A stretch of 64,000 bases of DNA from positions 6,105,985-6,169,984 of the forward strand of contig CAJINV010000003.1 of NCBI GenBank assembly GCA_905178155.1, written 5' to 3'. The position numbers and the translations under genes are program-made. Under the pieces are notes generated by a model. The model was not told where the DNA came from, made no database searches, and worked only from the letters and a program-made list of their open reading frames with translations. The stretch is from Amoebophrya sp. A120 (lineage: Eukaryota > Protista > Dinoflagellata). Below, one piece after another: positions 37,698-50,600 of the stretch (position 1 is the stretch's first letter; every line of letters begins with the position of its first letter).

Positions 37698-39182
37698 GCT
37701 TGTGTGAGGACAACCGGCGTGCTCCCCCGGCACAGGTTCCTTTGGACAGCACGTTTCCACTTTGGTATCAAATACTACTCCACGACGTTTCAGACCGCAT
37801 TTATTCTTTCCCCGGTTCACTCATTTTCCATGTCGTGTGCATTGTAGCAAGCGAAAAAGAGGAACAAGAGATGGTGCAAACGATCGTTAGCTGGTAATAG
37901 CGAGGTCATGTCTGTTTCTGTCACAGCGCAGCAAGAGTTTGCGAACAGGGCGCCCAGAAGATTGATGCGGAGGAGCAACGTAGTTTGTATTCTGAAAGTA
38001 AAAGCCTACCTGAGTAAATCAAACAAACTCTGTACAGAGTGACTGAGTATTGAAGAAGTAGAATTCAAAAAAAATGAAAAGTGCGTCTGGATGACGTGAT
38101 CTACTTCGAGAATAAACTCAGAAACCCGAAAAGGCCGACGTCGAATGTTGCGTCTTAATTATGAGTCCGTGCATTTGTAATGATCCAGAAATGTCATCGA
38201 CTGAAAAAAATGCAAATGGCATCCAAAGAAAAATTTTCAAAGGAGTACTCGCCGAATCGGTATACAAGAAAGCGGAAGGAAGCTGAAGAGCTCGGATCGG
38301 TTCTTCCAGTACCAGTACCAGTTCCACTTTCTTCAGCAAAGAGAAATCAGTCGGGTGCTCGCTTCTTCAGGCGAGCGAGTAGCTGTAGCTGTTTAAACGT
38401 GCTATCTGTAAATAGCTGGCGAGCGAGTAGTGTTTCAACTTATCACCGCCAGAGCTTGACGAAGCACCACCCTGCTTAGCTGTGAACGGCCAAACTCGGG
38501 GAGTTGCCGAGAAGAAGGAAGGCCGAGCCCTTCAATCAGCCCCGGCTTAAGAAAGGCGCAATATTGCCACCCCTACTTCCATACCGCACTAATCAACCTC
38601 CGCACAACCACAAGGTTCCAAACAAGCCTCCTCTGCTTGCCCTTCCTTGCGTCAAAGCAGGCGCCTAAGAAAAGGCAGGTCCTAAGCAAGACTTCTCTTC
38701 TTGCCCTTCCTGCCTACACCACTTCCGGAGCCGGAACTCTAGTAGCGACACGCAAACGCCACCAGGAAACACAGGAAAGCACGGAGTTATGCCCTGCATC
38801 GCCCAGTTGCCTCCCTAAAAGCCGTCAACCTACCCTGCTGCTCCGCCGTTCCTCTGTTGTGGCCGTGCGGCTCTTGTTGACCCAAGAACGACAAACCCAC
38901 CGACTGATAGACGCTGGCGAGGGACATCATTTTTACGGTCTCGCTTGTTTATTCTTGGTTGCAGCAAGCACAGAAAAAATTTCCTTCGTTCCGTTCTTCG
39001 TTCGGATTCACGACCACGACGTTGTCATCACCGGCCTATACGCTAGCGTCACGTACCTACGCGTAGTCGACGCACCTCGTCGTCGGCTTAGAAGATTTAG
39101 ATTTACACATATATAACAACCAAGATCTGCGTAAATAAAATTCCATGATTGAGTTGAAGTGTGGTTTCAAACTCATTGCCAT

Positions 39183-41543
39183 TCACTTCATAAGCGTCTT
39201 GTCGAATGTGTAATTCGACGTGCCAAAACCCCTAAGGGGATCGGATGCCACAGGTAACTCTGAGAAGAACCCGAGTGGCAAACGCTGTTCCTGAGTCATC
39301 GCGTACCACCGCCTGTCCGCAGGTGCCACACCGTTGCATTCTTCGTATCTCCAAACGGCGTCAAAAAATGTACCGCACATCGGTCGCTGGGACTGCACTG
39401 TGAAGAAGATTCCATCGACCTGCTTGTCAAGCGTTCCGAAAGGGTCTTTGCCCAGCGTGTTCTTGAGACCGATGCCGCGTCCTGAAAGAGACCGGCTCAC
39501 GTCCGTGATCATCGGCCAGAACGGCATTGCGAACGTGAACAGCATGGCCAGAATCTCAAAAGTGAAAACCGCTCGAGGAAGGAGCAGACTGGCGCTCTTC
39601 GGTACCACGCGCCCGCGCAGCTGTGGGTCCTGGTGCGCCGCTGGTTCATCGATGTTGTTCTTGTTTCCCTTGTTCGCGGTCGAATCCCTAAACAGGGCTG
39701 ACTTTCTGTCTCCCAAGTTGCCGGCTTGGAGGACCATGAGCAATGCGCTGAATAACACGGCGCAGATCCAGCCTGAAACCAGGCAGACCGCGCGTAGCCG
39801 ATAGCAGGTTGGGAAAAGTTGAAGCATCGCTCTTTGCATGATGCTGTGATCGTCGCATTTCGCAGCCGCCAACCCAACGGGCGTCGCGAAAAAAAACTGC
39901 CAATCACCCTCCGTCATCTCGTCGGACATTCCAAACAATGCTTCCCCGAAACCGAACCCCTCCCCGGTAAACTGCAATGTCTCGAAAATCAAAAGCGTTG
40001 CCATGCCCACCGGAGCCACAATGAGATGGATGAAACTCATAAACCAGTAGTTCTTCTTCAAATGCATCTTCGTGAAGGCTAGATCCTGCACCTGCACCGG
40101 GGACCCTCCAGCCGCCACACGTTCCGCATGCTGCCCGTCGAGTTGCATCGGCGAGAGCGCCACTTCGCCCTGGTCCGTGCGGGGGTGCGGTAACCGTTTC
40201 TCGTCCTCTCCCTCCTCGTCATCAAGAAGGTATGACGCGCCAGGAACAGCCGCGGTTAGAAACATGCACACGGAAGGAAGAGTGAGCCACAGCACTCGCC
40301 CAGCGATATGGCTCAGATGCTCCGTCGCAATCACGTCCAGGTTGAATGTATTCCCCACGATACCTTCCCACGTGTTCTCCTCCCAACCCTTCTCCTGGGA
40401 CCTCCAGCTCCAATAGAAGTTACTGCAAACCCGGTTATAGATGACCAATGTGTAGCGCGATAGCAGCACACAGACCGTGTGCACAATCAGGCAGGCCGTC
40501 CAAACGCGCCCTTCGCTGCTTTCCGCGCGCTGGCAGACGGCAGACAGCGTCCCCGCGTAGAAAAAGTCCCAGGGTAGAATCACGTACAACTCGAGGCTGC
40601 CAACGGGTCCGTCATCTCGTTCTTGTTCTACTGCTTCACCTTCGCGATGATCTTGTTCACTAAGTGGCCGCGCTCCCCCCTCTCCTCTAGGCCGCGAGCC
40701 TGTAGATAATGTAGGTGGTTCCCATTTCGGAAGGATCAACGTCTCTGGGAAGAACACCATTTTGATTGGAAGCGCGATACCGATTAAAAATAAAATCGCT
40801 CCATACCCCAGCATGAGCAGCACCGCCGAGAAAATCCAGTCGACTTTTCGCAGCGCAAGGTCGTACGCGAGCAGAAACTGCGTTACTAGCTCGACGATCG
40901 TCCCTACCTCGCGAATTGTGCGAACTTTTTGGACAGTCGCTTTGCGAAGATCTGAGACATCCGCATGTGTTGTCGAGGTCGCGTTTTCCAGTCGCGCGTC
41001 AGTCGTGCGCATGACCTCGAGCTGTGCGCCCTGCTCGCGAATCTGCGCCTTCTGTGCCGCAATTTCAGTCGCTTGCCGATGGACCAAGAGCTCCAACTGC
41101 TGCAGACGCTGCTCCCAGGGCGGTAGAGCATCCTGCTGCCCATCCTGCTGCCCCCCCAGCTGCTCCTGTTCGCCTCCTAGCGGCAGCTGTTTCATCGAAT
41201 TCTGTTTATCGGTTCGTCGCTCATGGTCCTCCGTGGCACGATCCACATCCGGGTATTCGGGCTGGGACGCTGCGACGGCACTGAACAAAAAAGACGCGCC
41301 TTCCACGCTTTGTGCTGTCTTCTGCTCGCCTGCAACAAAACCAAAACTAGACCGCTCGTTGTCTGTATGTGTGACCACGACGGTCGCAGCTATTTTTAGG
41401 GGATGTTGTGCTGCGAAGCCTTCTATCCCGATGCGAGTTGCCGAAACGGTTCGTGCGCGCTTTTTGACAAAGGGACTGAGTACTCGTGGGGCAACCAGTT
41501 GCGGAGGCAGCTCCGGTTTGCGACTTCTCTGGCACGTCCCCAA
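39183..41543 (-). CDS. Hypothetical multi-pass membrane protein with N-terminal coiled coil (786-aa ORF)
   Basis: Long ORF; coiled coil WEQRLQQLELLVHRQATEIAAQKAQIREQ; about seven hydrophobic segments. True start uncertain because the ORF begins at GTG. Confidence 0.65.
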   Translation of the reverse strand: MGTCQRSRKPELPPQLVAPRVLSPFVKKRARTVSATRIGIEGFAAQHPLKIAATVVVTHTDNERSSFGFVAGEQKTAQSVEGASFLFSAVAASQPEYPDVDRATEDHERRTDKQNSMKQLPLGGEQEQLGGQQDGQQDALPPWEQRLQQLELLVHRQATEIAAQKAQIREQGAQLEVMRTTDARLENATSTTHADVSDLRKATVQKVRTIREVGTIVELVTQFLLAYDLALRKVDWIFSAVLLMLGYGAILFLIGIALPIKMVFFPETLILPKWEPPTLSTGSRPRGEGGARPLSEQDHREGEAVEQERDDGPVGSLELYVILPWDFFYAGTLSAVCQRAESSEGRVWTACLIVHTVCVLLSRYTLVIYNRVCSNFYWSWRSQEKGWEENTWEGIVGNTFNLDVIATEHLSHIAGRVLWLTLPSVCMFLTAAVPGASYLLDDEEGEDEKRLPHPRTDQGEVALSPMQLDGQHAERVAAGGSPVQVQDLAFTKMHLKKNYWFMSFIHLIVAPVGMATLLIFETLQFTGEGFGFGEALFGMSDEMTEGDWQFFFATPVGLAAAKCDDHSIMQRAMLQLFPTCYRLRAVCLVSGWICAVLFSALLMVLQAGNLGDRKSALFRDSTANKGNKNNIDEPAAHQDPQLRGRVVPKSASLLLPRAVFTFEILAMLFTFAMPFWPMITDVSRSLSGRGIGLKNTLGKDPFGTLDKQVDGIFFTVQSQRPMCGTFFDAVWRYEECNGVAPADRRWYAMTQEQRLPLGFFSELPVASDPLRGFGTSNYTFDKTLMK

Positions 41544-43064
41544 CTACTCCGTCCCACCGTCCATCTTTGACTGCACTGCTTCCGTTACTCTGCGTCAGGA
41601 TGTTTCCGGCGCTCAGGGCTAGAAAAACCGCTAGTTTCTCGCCCATTCGGGACCGTGGTGATTTGGTATCGTGCGGCAAGAAGGGCCGTCTCCTGGTCGA
41701 TGATGATGTCCGACAGGCGAATCCAGCAGAAGCACGATCTTTAATAGCCCCAGACCGAACCTGAGGGCCCTTCGGTCTCGCAGCATGTCCTGGGTGAGGA
41801 ACAATCCTGACCTTCAGTAGAGAGTGGTGCTTTTCCGTCATGACAATGAAGGGTGTTGCCGAATTGGAATTTTAAATTGCTTTACAGTACTGGCTGGAGC
41901 TGCTATGAAAGCACAGCACGGTAATACATACGCACACCTACTAGTCACACTCGCAACCGACAAAGAAAAACTTTACGCTCTTTCAGCAAAGAGAAATCAA
42001 ATTACCGAGGACGCTGATATTTTATCGGTGCTGACATCATCAGCCGCAGGAATCAAAGCGAAACTGCACAGGTGAAGCCCGGCTGCGTCAGCCTCTTGCC
42101 GGCTACATGAGACGTATGTTATGCCATTTGTGCTTCTCTTGAAGCACATCCAGCGGCTCCTTCTATTGATCAGTCGTATATCTTCGAACAGAGTCTACAC
42201 ATTTTGAGACGAGGCTGGAAACCGCGTAGTCAATAACCACGTCACCAGATGAGAGTGTCGGTTTACAACGAAATACTTTTGACCTGCGTCTCAACTGCAG
42301 AAACAGAAGCAGAATCGGGCACCATCATATTCGTGAGATTTATTTGTAGAAGGTGCAGGTGGACGTGGAGCGAGACGCAGCATTCATGATTATGTCATAT
42401 ATAAAACACTAAATTCCAAAACGGGACCAGTATCGAAAGTAGTCAGTTGTATCTAAGACGGTAGTTGGAGTTAGAACTTATCCATGGCGTGGCAATTCTT
42501 TCTCGTACAAAATTCGGTAAAAATTGGCAGCAGCTTTTCCTCGCCGCGGCGAGCAGGATGCTATAGTGTATTCGGTAAAAATTCTAGGATTCTTTAGATG
42601 TTCAAGAAACCGAAGCTTCTTCATATCCTATTATTGATCAGGTTTTTTTTCTCTTTGTTTGGGTTGACGTTGATGTTAGTTTGTCTTCTGGATTGTCTAT
42701 AGCGTATATTGAAAGATGAAAAGTTATGGTAAAAGTCAAGCCTGTAGTGTATGAGGAATCCGGCTCAGTAATAGTCTTTTTCTCTATCTGTAAAAGTGTT
42801 TTTGAGGTGCTGTGAGGCTGTCACTGTACGCAGTTGCGTGCGCATAAGAAAACTGCGAGCGGGAAGAGGAAGCGCGTCGCCGGTTCCAGACATTTTCTTC
42901 CGAAAAATATGACGACTGGCGACACGGACACAGGTCTCCATGTATAATAATTCACAAGTTGTTCACACGAAAAAAGGAAAATGCCCGGAACATCAACTTC
43001 ACAGGGTCTTATATTCTCCTCTAGGAAGGTAGCACATGGAGAAACCGTCGGGGTCACCCGTTCT

Positions 43065-46000
43065 TCATGCGGGTGGTGGTGGTGGTGGAGGCGGCACTGG
43101 TGGTGCGGGAACGTCAGCCGGCCCGACAATTGAGGCACCGAAGCCACCCGAGATTTCTTTCAACGCCTTCGGCTTGAATGGAATCTCCAACCCCGTGGGG
43201 GTTGCGTCGTTGCAGAGCCTTACCTTGCTGACGTACCCAAACGCTTCGCAAAATGCGAACATCTCCAGTTCTTTGGGTACGGGAGATCCCTGGGCCAGCC
43301 AAGGGTGCAAGTCCATATGGCATGCCATCACAATGTCCCGATTCGCGTACCTGTTGATGTTCGATGATTATATAGTGCTCAAATGCATGTTTTCGCACCA
43401 GTAAAGATTTTTTCCGCGGACGTGGGAAGAAGGGAAGACCAAGACAAGAAAGGAAGAAAAGCGAAAATAAGCAGAAGCCTTCCAAGGTGATTCCAACTAG
43501 AACTAGGTAGGAGTACCAGAACCAGAAATCAGAAAGCGGGAAAATATAGTAAATCTACATGGAAATGGTCCAAATCCAGTCGGCCTTGGTGCTGTCCTTC
43601 GGGCGGACCAGTACCGACATTCGGTCTCCTGGCTTCCATTTGATCGGCGCCGAGTCCTCCCCGTCGAGTATGTAGCGGATGTCTTTCTGTCCGTCCTTGT
43701 AGAGCCGCCGCGTCTGTCCATAGTACGGCCCGGAGAAAAACCAGCCCTGCTCGATCTTTTCCAGCCGCCGCGGAATTTTCTCGATCTGCCCCGGCACGTC
43801 CGGGTTCAGAAAAGACACGCCAAGGCCCAGACACCCGACACTTTCCTCGGGCTTCGGTGTCACCTCCACCACTTCCACCTCGACGAAGTACCCCTGCCCA
43901 TGCCGCGGGATAGGCTGCGCGCTCACCGCAACGACGCCGTCGGGATTATCCAAAGAGAGTAGCCCCTTGATTGCGCGAGCGAAATTCTGTCGAGTTTTTC
44001 GATCAGACAAAAGTAAGTGCAGGGCACAGCAGCAGCGACCAGAAGCATCTAATTACTAGTATTTCATTTTTACATCAGTCACTTACTTTCCTTGCAGACA
44101 GATTCATCAAACAATATCGAGCTGGACTCATCTATATCACCTTCCCTGCGCCCTGGGCTGAATTTTGGTAAGAAGATGCGCGTGATAAAATCGCTCCATT
44201 GACGTCCGCAAACGTGCCACGGAGGTTCGTGTTCCAGGTGAGCTTCGTGGGATCAGTGAGGGTCGTGAAAGGAAACATCCAGGCATCGAAGATGAGTTTC
44301 AGAGACGTGGTCTCGTCGCTGCTTGCGGCGCTGGCCACGCGGCCCTTTATGTTTTCGCCCTTCACCATAATTCGGGTCTTGCCATCGATGAGCGCGTCGT
44401 ACTTCTTGGTTTCCGCCACGTATCCCAAAATAATGCCCTCCCGTCCGTTGAAGCTCGCAGCCTTCTCGCTCTTCAGACCACATATCACGATCAGGTCGTT
44501 TGGCTGGAATAGCGGTAGGTCGGGCACTTTCGAGGGCTTCACTACGGAAGAGGACGACGCCACCGCCGTTTCGAGGCTTGAGGAAGCCCCTGCGGTAGAA
44601 GCCGAAGCAGCAGGGCCGCCCTGACTTACGCCTGTACTAGTAGTGCCCGACGCACCGCTCCCAGCGCCCTCCTCCTCCCGGCCTGGGGCGGCGGCAAGTT
44701 GGGCCGGACCGCCCGCCCCGTCTCCGGCAGATCCCGGAGACGGCAGCTTGCCTGCCTCCCCTGCTTCGACTTGCTGCTCGACGCCTGAAGTGCCAAACGT
44801 CTCCCCGTCCTTTTTCGGCACGCTCCGTAGCTTGACTGGTTGCTCCGGCTTCTGCCCAACGGGAACGAAGGATTGGACTTTCTGGTCAGAAAACCGCGTT
44901 GTTGACTGCAAGCACGTGCGAACATACCTTCAATTTACCATATTTGATGTTGAAACTACGGGGGGGCGTTCATTTTTCTTGGTGTATCTTCAAATCAAAA
45001 TCTTAATCATTATGCTATGTATACGAAGCCTCCACACGCTCGACGCCCTGAAACGATTCGGACGTGTACACACCTTGCTCAATGTCCGCGAGATCGAGCA
45101 GCTTCGTTTCTTTCAAGGTTGGCAGGTTGATCGTGTCTTGCTTGCGAAACTTTGGCTCGGCACGCTCCACCAATGGCGGCGGCTTCATAAACTTCTTCGT
45201 TTCTACCCCGGGTGCTGCGGAGGAAGAGGACTGGTGTAAGTTTACGGTATGTGCTTGTGGAGGGGCGAGGCTCTTGCAGTTGCACTTTACTGTGTTTATT
45301 CATTGCAGAGACGCGCAAGCATGCGAAATTTCTGCCGCCAAAATCAAATCAGAAAACGGGATCCAGAATCTCGTCGCAGACATAGTAGACACAGTACCAG
45401 GAGCTCCTGCTTCTTCTTTGCAAAATATTCTTGCTCATCCTCGGAGTCGACATCGTCCGCACATACTCGCGCTGCATTGCCGTAGACTTCGTCGTCGTCA
45501 CCATCTGTAGTGGCATTTTTTGGACATTGCACTACCGAACAGCACCGGCAAACTACTGCCTGTCTCACTGACCTCGCTAGAAAAGCTACGTACATCATAC
45601 GCGGCTGATAAATTTCGTCTGCTGGGTCGTGCTGATGCGACAAGACACGCAGCGAACGCAGCACTTGGTCGAAGACACCATCTACATCTCTTACCTTCCG
45701 TTTCGTCCTGTGCACTCTCTTTTGGCACGGCGACCGGCTGTGAGCCAGTAGTTGATGAGGTTGATCGCGCTTTTTCAAAGCGAACGAGTTCGTCGACCCA
45801 CGTGTCTGCGACGTCCGTTGCATTTTCCAACAGTTCTTCCAATGCGCACACACGTGACAACAAATTTACTGGACCTGAAATACAGTCAAAATCGAGTAAA
45901 AACTACGGACTGCGAGAATACTGGCGTGGGAGCCCATGTGGAGCTGGGGAGGCGTGGGCATCAAAAATCATGATCAATAGAAATAAAAGCGTAGAAGTAC

Positions 46001-46462
46001 CGTCCCATCTTGGGTCTTTGTTATTTGTCTCGGAAAGCTTTGCTGTTTCGCACAAGGCTTTTATCCGCGGTATTCGGTCATTCCCCTTAAACAAGATAAC
46101 CAATCTCCCCTGTTGTATATGTTTTAGACAATGCTATATGTCAACATGCACGTCTATCGCGAACTTCACTCACCACGAAGTAAAAAAACAGCGCATGAAC
46201 CATGGAAAGCCGGTTGCCATGGTTCATGCGCTTCGGTGCGAGGTAGTATGGCTCGTACTCTCTGCCCGGCTTTGCGATTTTCCTCGATAAAATCCCGGAG
46301 AAAGCCCACGGAATTGAGGAATTCCATCTCGTAGCGCCGTTTTGTGACTGACTCATTGGATGCGTCCAGAAAAAGGTCTTGGTGGTCGGCGATGAGTTTC
46401 TCGGCGGTCTTGATCTCAACCTCCACCTGCACACCAAACGTCTCGGAAACCGACATCTTCAC
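43065..46462 (-). CDS. Multi-exon protein with an SH3/KOW-like motif and a C-terminal neuralized (NHR)-like domain
   Basis: LIVICGLKSEKAASFNGREGIILGY...KYDALID...MVKGENIK; GVVAVSAQPIP..GYFVEVEV...LGLGVSFLNP...WKPGDRMSVLV...MFAFCEAFGYVSKVRL. In-frame GT-AG joins near 43350-43560, 43990-44140 and 44930-45025. The 5' exons are less certain. Confidence 0.65.
46190..46232. repeat. Perfect 16-bp inverted repeat (hairpin, 11-nt loop)
   Basis: AGCGCATGAACCATGG (46190-46205) and CCATGGTTCATGCGCT (46217-46232). Confidence 0.9.
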
Positions 46463-47654
46463 TGACGAGCAGGAGGAGGAGACCGTAGAACGGTACTATG
46501 GCCGCTCCTGTGGTCAATGCAGCGCGGTACACAGTGGCGTCCCCTTCCGCACCTCCTTCGGTCAGGCAACCAAACCCAAATCGCTTTTCTCGGTCATGAT
46601 CCCAGGTTCCTCCGTAGCACTCGAATCTGTTCGCCTAAGTACGACCTACTAGCACACACGCGTACAACGAGATCGGAATCCATGACGCGATAGATAATAT
46701 GTAGAGTTGTCAACTGGCTATTTATGTTCCTTAGTACACAAATCGACGCGGGGACAGCATGTTCGTTGACCTGTCACAACGACCATGACGAATAAACACG
46801 AAAAACAGCGCACACTGAAAAATTGCCCTTCGATCAACATACGTCTCGCAAAAGAGGAGCTAAATTGAAGGTAGATATATTCTTTCAGTGTGAGATAAGT
46901 CAGTGCGTCGATACTATCTTAGCTTATACGCAACCTACTGCAGCTGGACCCGCAAAGAGAAATACGCTCGCACCAGATAGCACCGTTAATATCGTGATCG
47001 CGCTCGAAAGATACTACTTGTATGTTTCATACACATGAATGTAGTACGTTGAGGTCGAGTTGGACTTTCCATACTCGAATATTTACCTTTCACCACCACT
47101 CGTTTCGACGAACTGCCTCTGGCTTTGCGTTCGGCTAACGTCGTTTGCTAGCTACAACGGAAAAGAACAAAAGTGTAGCAAAACTCCGTCGAACGGAGGC
47201 ATCATGCGAGAGTCGCTGCAGCAGACCCCAGGCTGCAATGACGTGATGCATTGTCGCAACGCGATTTCACTTTGTGAGCATCGATCCATAGTTAAGTGCC
47301 TGCGCCTGTACTAGCCGTGATATGCCTAGGTTTCTCGCGTTGTCGCGCAGATGCAGATCAATTTATTGGTATTGTCCACGCGTTTGCGAAATAAAACAAC
47401 ACGCGCTCGTCTGAGCTAAGAATTCAGCAGATCATGGGCAGTACTAGTAGCACCTGGAAAGGAATGCCATAGCCATACCTACTAGGTCTAGGGGCAATAC
47501 GTACATAGAAAACTGGTCAACATCAAGCGAGTGTTGATGTTGGGAAAAGAAAACGAGACGGAGAGCGTTAATCTGTACCTCGTGGGGAAGAGGAAAACAC
47601 CGCCGGGGGAAATACACTGGCGGCAATTCCAACGCGCTCCGTCCATGGCTCGCT

Positions 47655-50600
47655 TCACTCATCTTTTGCAACCGTATTTGAGCCCACAGCTAGACTGAGC
47701 TCCAGAAGCCGACTGTATTCTCCTTGTAGTTTTTCTAGCTGAGCTTTGCGCGCAAGCTTTCGCTCTTCCTGCACTTCGATGTATTGTGCCAGGATGTTTT
47801 GGTTCTGCTGCGCTTCCTGAAGCTGGGGCAGCACGTCGTCGATGTACCTGTCGAGCAGGTTGGATACCTCGAGCAGATCGCTTGCAACCTGCCCCATCAT
47901 ATTTTGCTCCTTCTCTTTCACTTCATAGGCCGTCAGGAGCCCGGTCGGGTCCGCTCCCGCCCCGCCACCCGCGGCTTCATCGGTCGAGGTTCCATGCATA
48001 TCACCGAGGATCAACGTGCTTGTCTCCAGAGCCCAGTCTCGCCACTCCTGCGGGAGGAGAAGCCAGTACGGTGTGACTTCGTTCTTGATACTTTCTTCCT
48101 TGATCGCACGCGACATCATCCGTCGCGAGGCCGCACTCTTCCCGCCCGGGGACTTGTTGGACCGCTGATGATGCCCCCGTCCGGAGGTCGGAGACGGGGG
48201 TTTGTGTGGACGAGCGACGGTGGAAGCAGACGCAGCGCTTTGGTCCAGTTCTACTCTGGGGAGGTCCGCATTAACATCATCGAGGTCGAACCCCTCCCCC
48301 GCGGCCCCTCCGCTGTGGAGGTGCCCCCCCGTTCCCAAAGGGTCCAGGAGCTCCCGGGTATATTCCTTGTCGAAGTGCTGGAAATTCTTATCCATCACGG
48401 CAAAGAACACGTTCATGAGCAGGTAGTAGAAAAGCATTAGGAAGGGAAAGAAGAACACCGGGGCCATGGTGGGATCGGCGGCGGAGAGCAGCGAAAACGC
48501 GTAGTTGCCAAGAATCATCTCGTAAACCTCCAGCAATCCGTCGGACAAATTGGAGAACTCCTTGTGGTACCGCCCGAAAAACAGGTTCCCCGCGAGCACG
48601 AAGCCCCAGAAGATGACGAAGAAAAGCAGGAAAAACCAACTGATGTCCTTGAAACCCCCCGCGAGACTCTGAAAGATGACCGTCATGCGGCCGGCGGTTC
48701 GGAAGAATTTCAGAAGCCGGAAAAAGATGAAGACCACGTTCAGCGCAGCCGTGGCTACGAAGAGGTCCTGCTTCTTGGCCGCCTGAAAGAAAGCCGCCAT
48801 CACCTCGGCGTCGCTGCACCACCACCCGCTTTGGATGTCGCAGCCCTCCCAGGTGGGGTTTTCGTACTGCACGTACTGGGCAAGGAACGCATCGCTGGAG
48901 AACCGCATCCACAGCAGGATCGACGTGATGCTCAAGATGTAGGAAACGAGGTCCACGGTGTTGAAGAGGTCCATGCAGAAATGGTGGAGAAACGCCTGCA
49001 GCCCTGCTTTGAGATACTCAGTAATGCTGAGCCTAATCCCGTGAGTCGGATCCACTTCGGCAGCTGCTGCCTCGGCAAATTGTGGCGGTTTCGAAGATGT
49101 GGCCCCCCCATCTTCGTGCTCATCTTGCAATTTCACCAACTGGGGCTTGGGCGGCGCAACCGGAACGAAATTCGCGGGGTCGTCAAGGAGTCCCTCGTCG
49201 AACAGCTTTTCTGCGAGCAGCCGGTTCTTCTTCTCGACGAACTCAGCGTGCACCTCTACGCCCTCCTCGATTATGTAGTACGCCAGGTACACGAGATAGA
49301 TCATTTCGAGGAGGACCCGAATCACGTTGGCTGTTTTGTCAAACGTGTAGTACTGCACGGGAAGGGACTTCAGCGTGATGCGCTTCTCCACGCCGCCGCC
49401 GGGGGGAAAGGTGAAGCCGACAATGGCCAGGCTGAAAATCTGCAGCTGCGCGTTGAATACGAGAAATTCCACGACCAGGTTCGCCGTTTGCGCCGAGACG
49501 TAGTTCAGTTCCTCCATCTGTCGGGTGTCCCTGTCAAACAAACGCGCGTGCACACTGAGGCTGCGCACGAATGCGGACTGCTCGTTGAAGCCGGTCGTGA
49601 AATTGCCGAGCACCAGTCGCTGCCTCACGTCCACGACGTCCGCATATCAAAAGGAAAAACTCCCCCTCCCCATATCAAAACGAAGTTTCTGATGCTGGAT
49701 TTGCGTACACAAATCAGATTTGTCCTGCTGGAGAGGACTGCAGGCCTATACTAAGCCTGAGTAGAGAGGTTTTCTGCTAGGCGCTAAGCATGGCAAACGC
49801 CTAGGCTGTAGGGCCAACAGCATCACAAACCGCCTGCAGAATGTGGCGTAGCCTGTGTAGTTTCGGTCCTGCAAGACAGAGATGATTTGAGGGCACAAAT
49901 GAGCATTACAAATTTCCTGAGACGTGCCTTTTCGATATGGGGAGGGGGGATTTTTGCTTACGATACCGCAGCTTTTTTCACCTGGTCCGCGAATACATCC
50001 TCGGCCTGCACCGACAGGTCGCGGACCGTGCTAGTGCGCTGGTACAGCAAATCGCTGGGTAGTAGAGCGGCTGAAGTTGTTGATGTACTAGAAGAACTAC
50101 TCGCAGCACTTGCGCTTGCGGTAAGGTAGGGTGTTGCCTCCATGGGAAAAAGTCTCTGCGTGAGCCGGACAGGCTTTTGCCCCAAGACCACGTTCCAGTT
50201 GCGAATCACCAACTGCTTGCAGCCCCTCTCCCCGGGCTCGTTGCCTTCGCAAATGCCATCAATAGAGGTGTGATATCGGTCCAGGAACTTCGACGCGCTC
50301 GAAAGGTCGTCGCCGGGCAGCGACTCGCTGGACTCGAAGAGCGCGTACCGCAAGCCGGTGCGCAACCAGCGCAGGACGTCCGCGCGCGATTCGATACCGT
50401 CGAAAGTCGCGTACCGCTGCCCCGAGGTTGAGGACGGAAACGTGGCGTACCGCAACGCGTCCTTGATGGGCTCGCCGGCGTGAAAGGTGTCGCTCCGCTG
50501 CAGCTGCAGGTAGAGGATCACAAAGTAGAACACGACAAACAGTGCGTACAGCACTTTCGTTGTCAATCCATCCTCCTGCGGCTCCTCCTCCTCATCCTTC

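Noticed and set aside
38400-38900. Possible structured ncRNA (CCCGGCTTA resembles the RNase P 3' motif)
   Set aside because: No matching 5' conserved region was seen; an Infernal/Rfam search would be needed.
48564-49754. Long plus-strand ORFs (also 11348..12166, 26256..27569, 40762..41622, 32764..33360)
   Set aside because: They are antisense shadows of minus-strand genes with no independent protein motifs.
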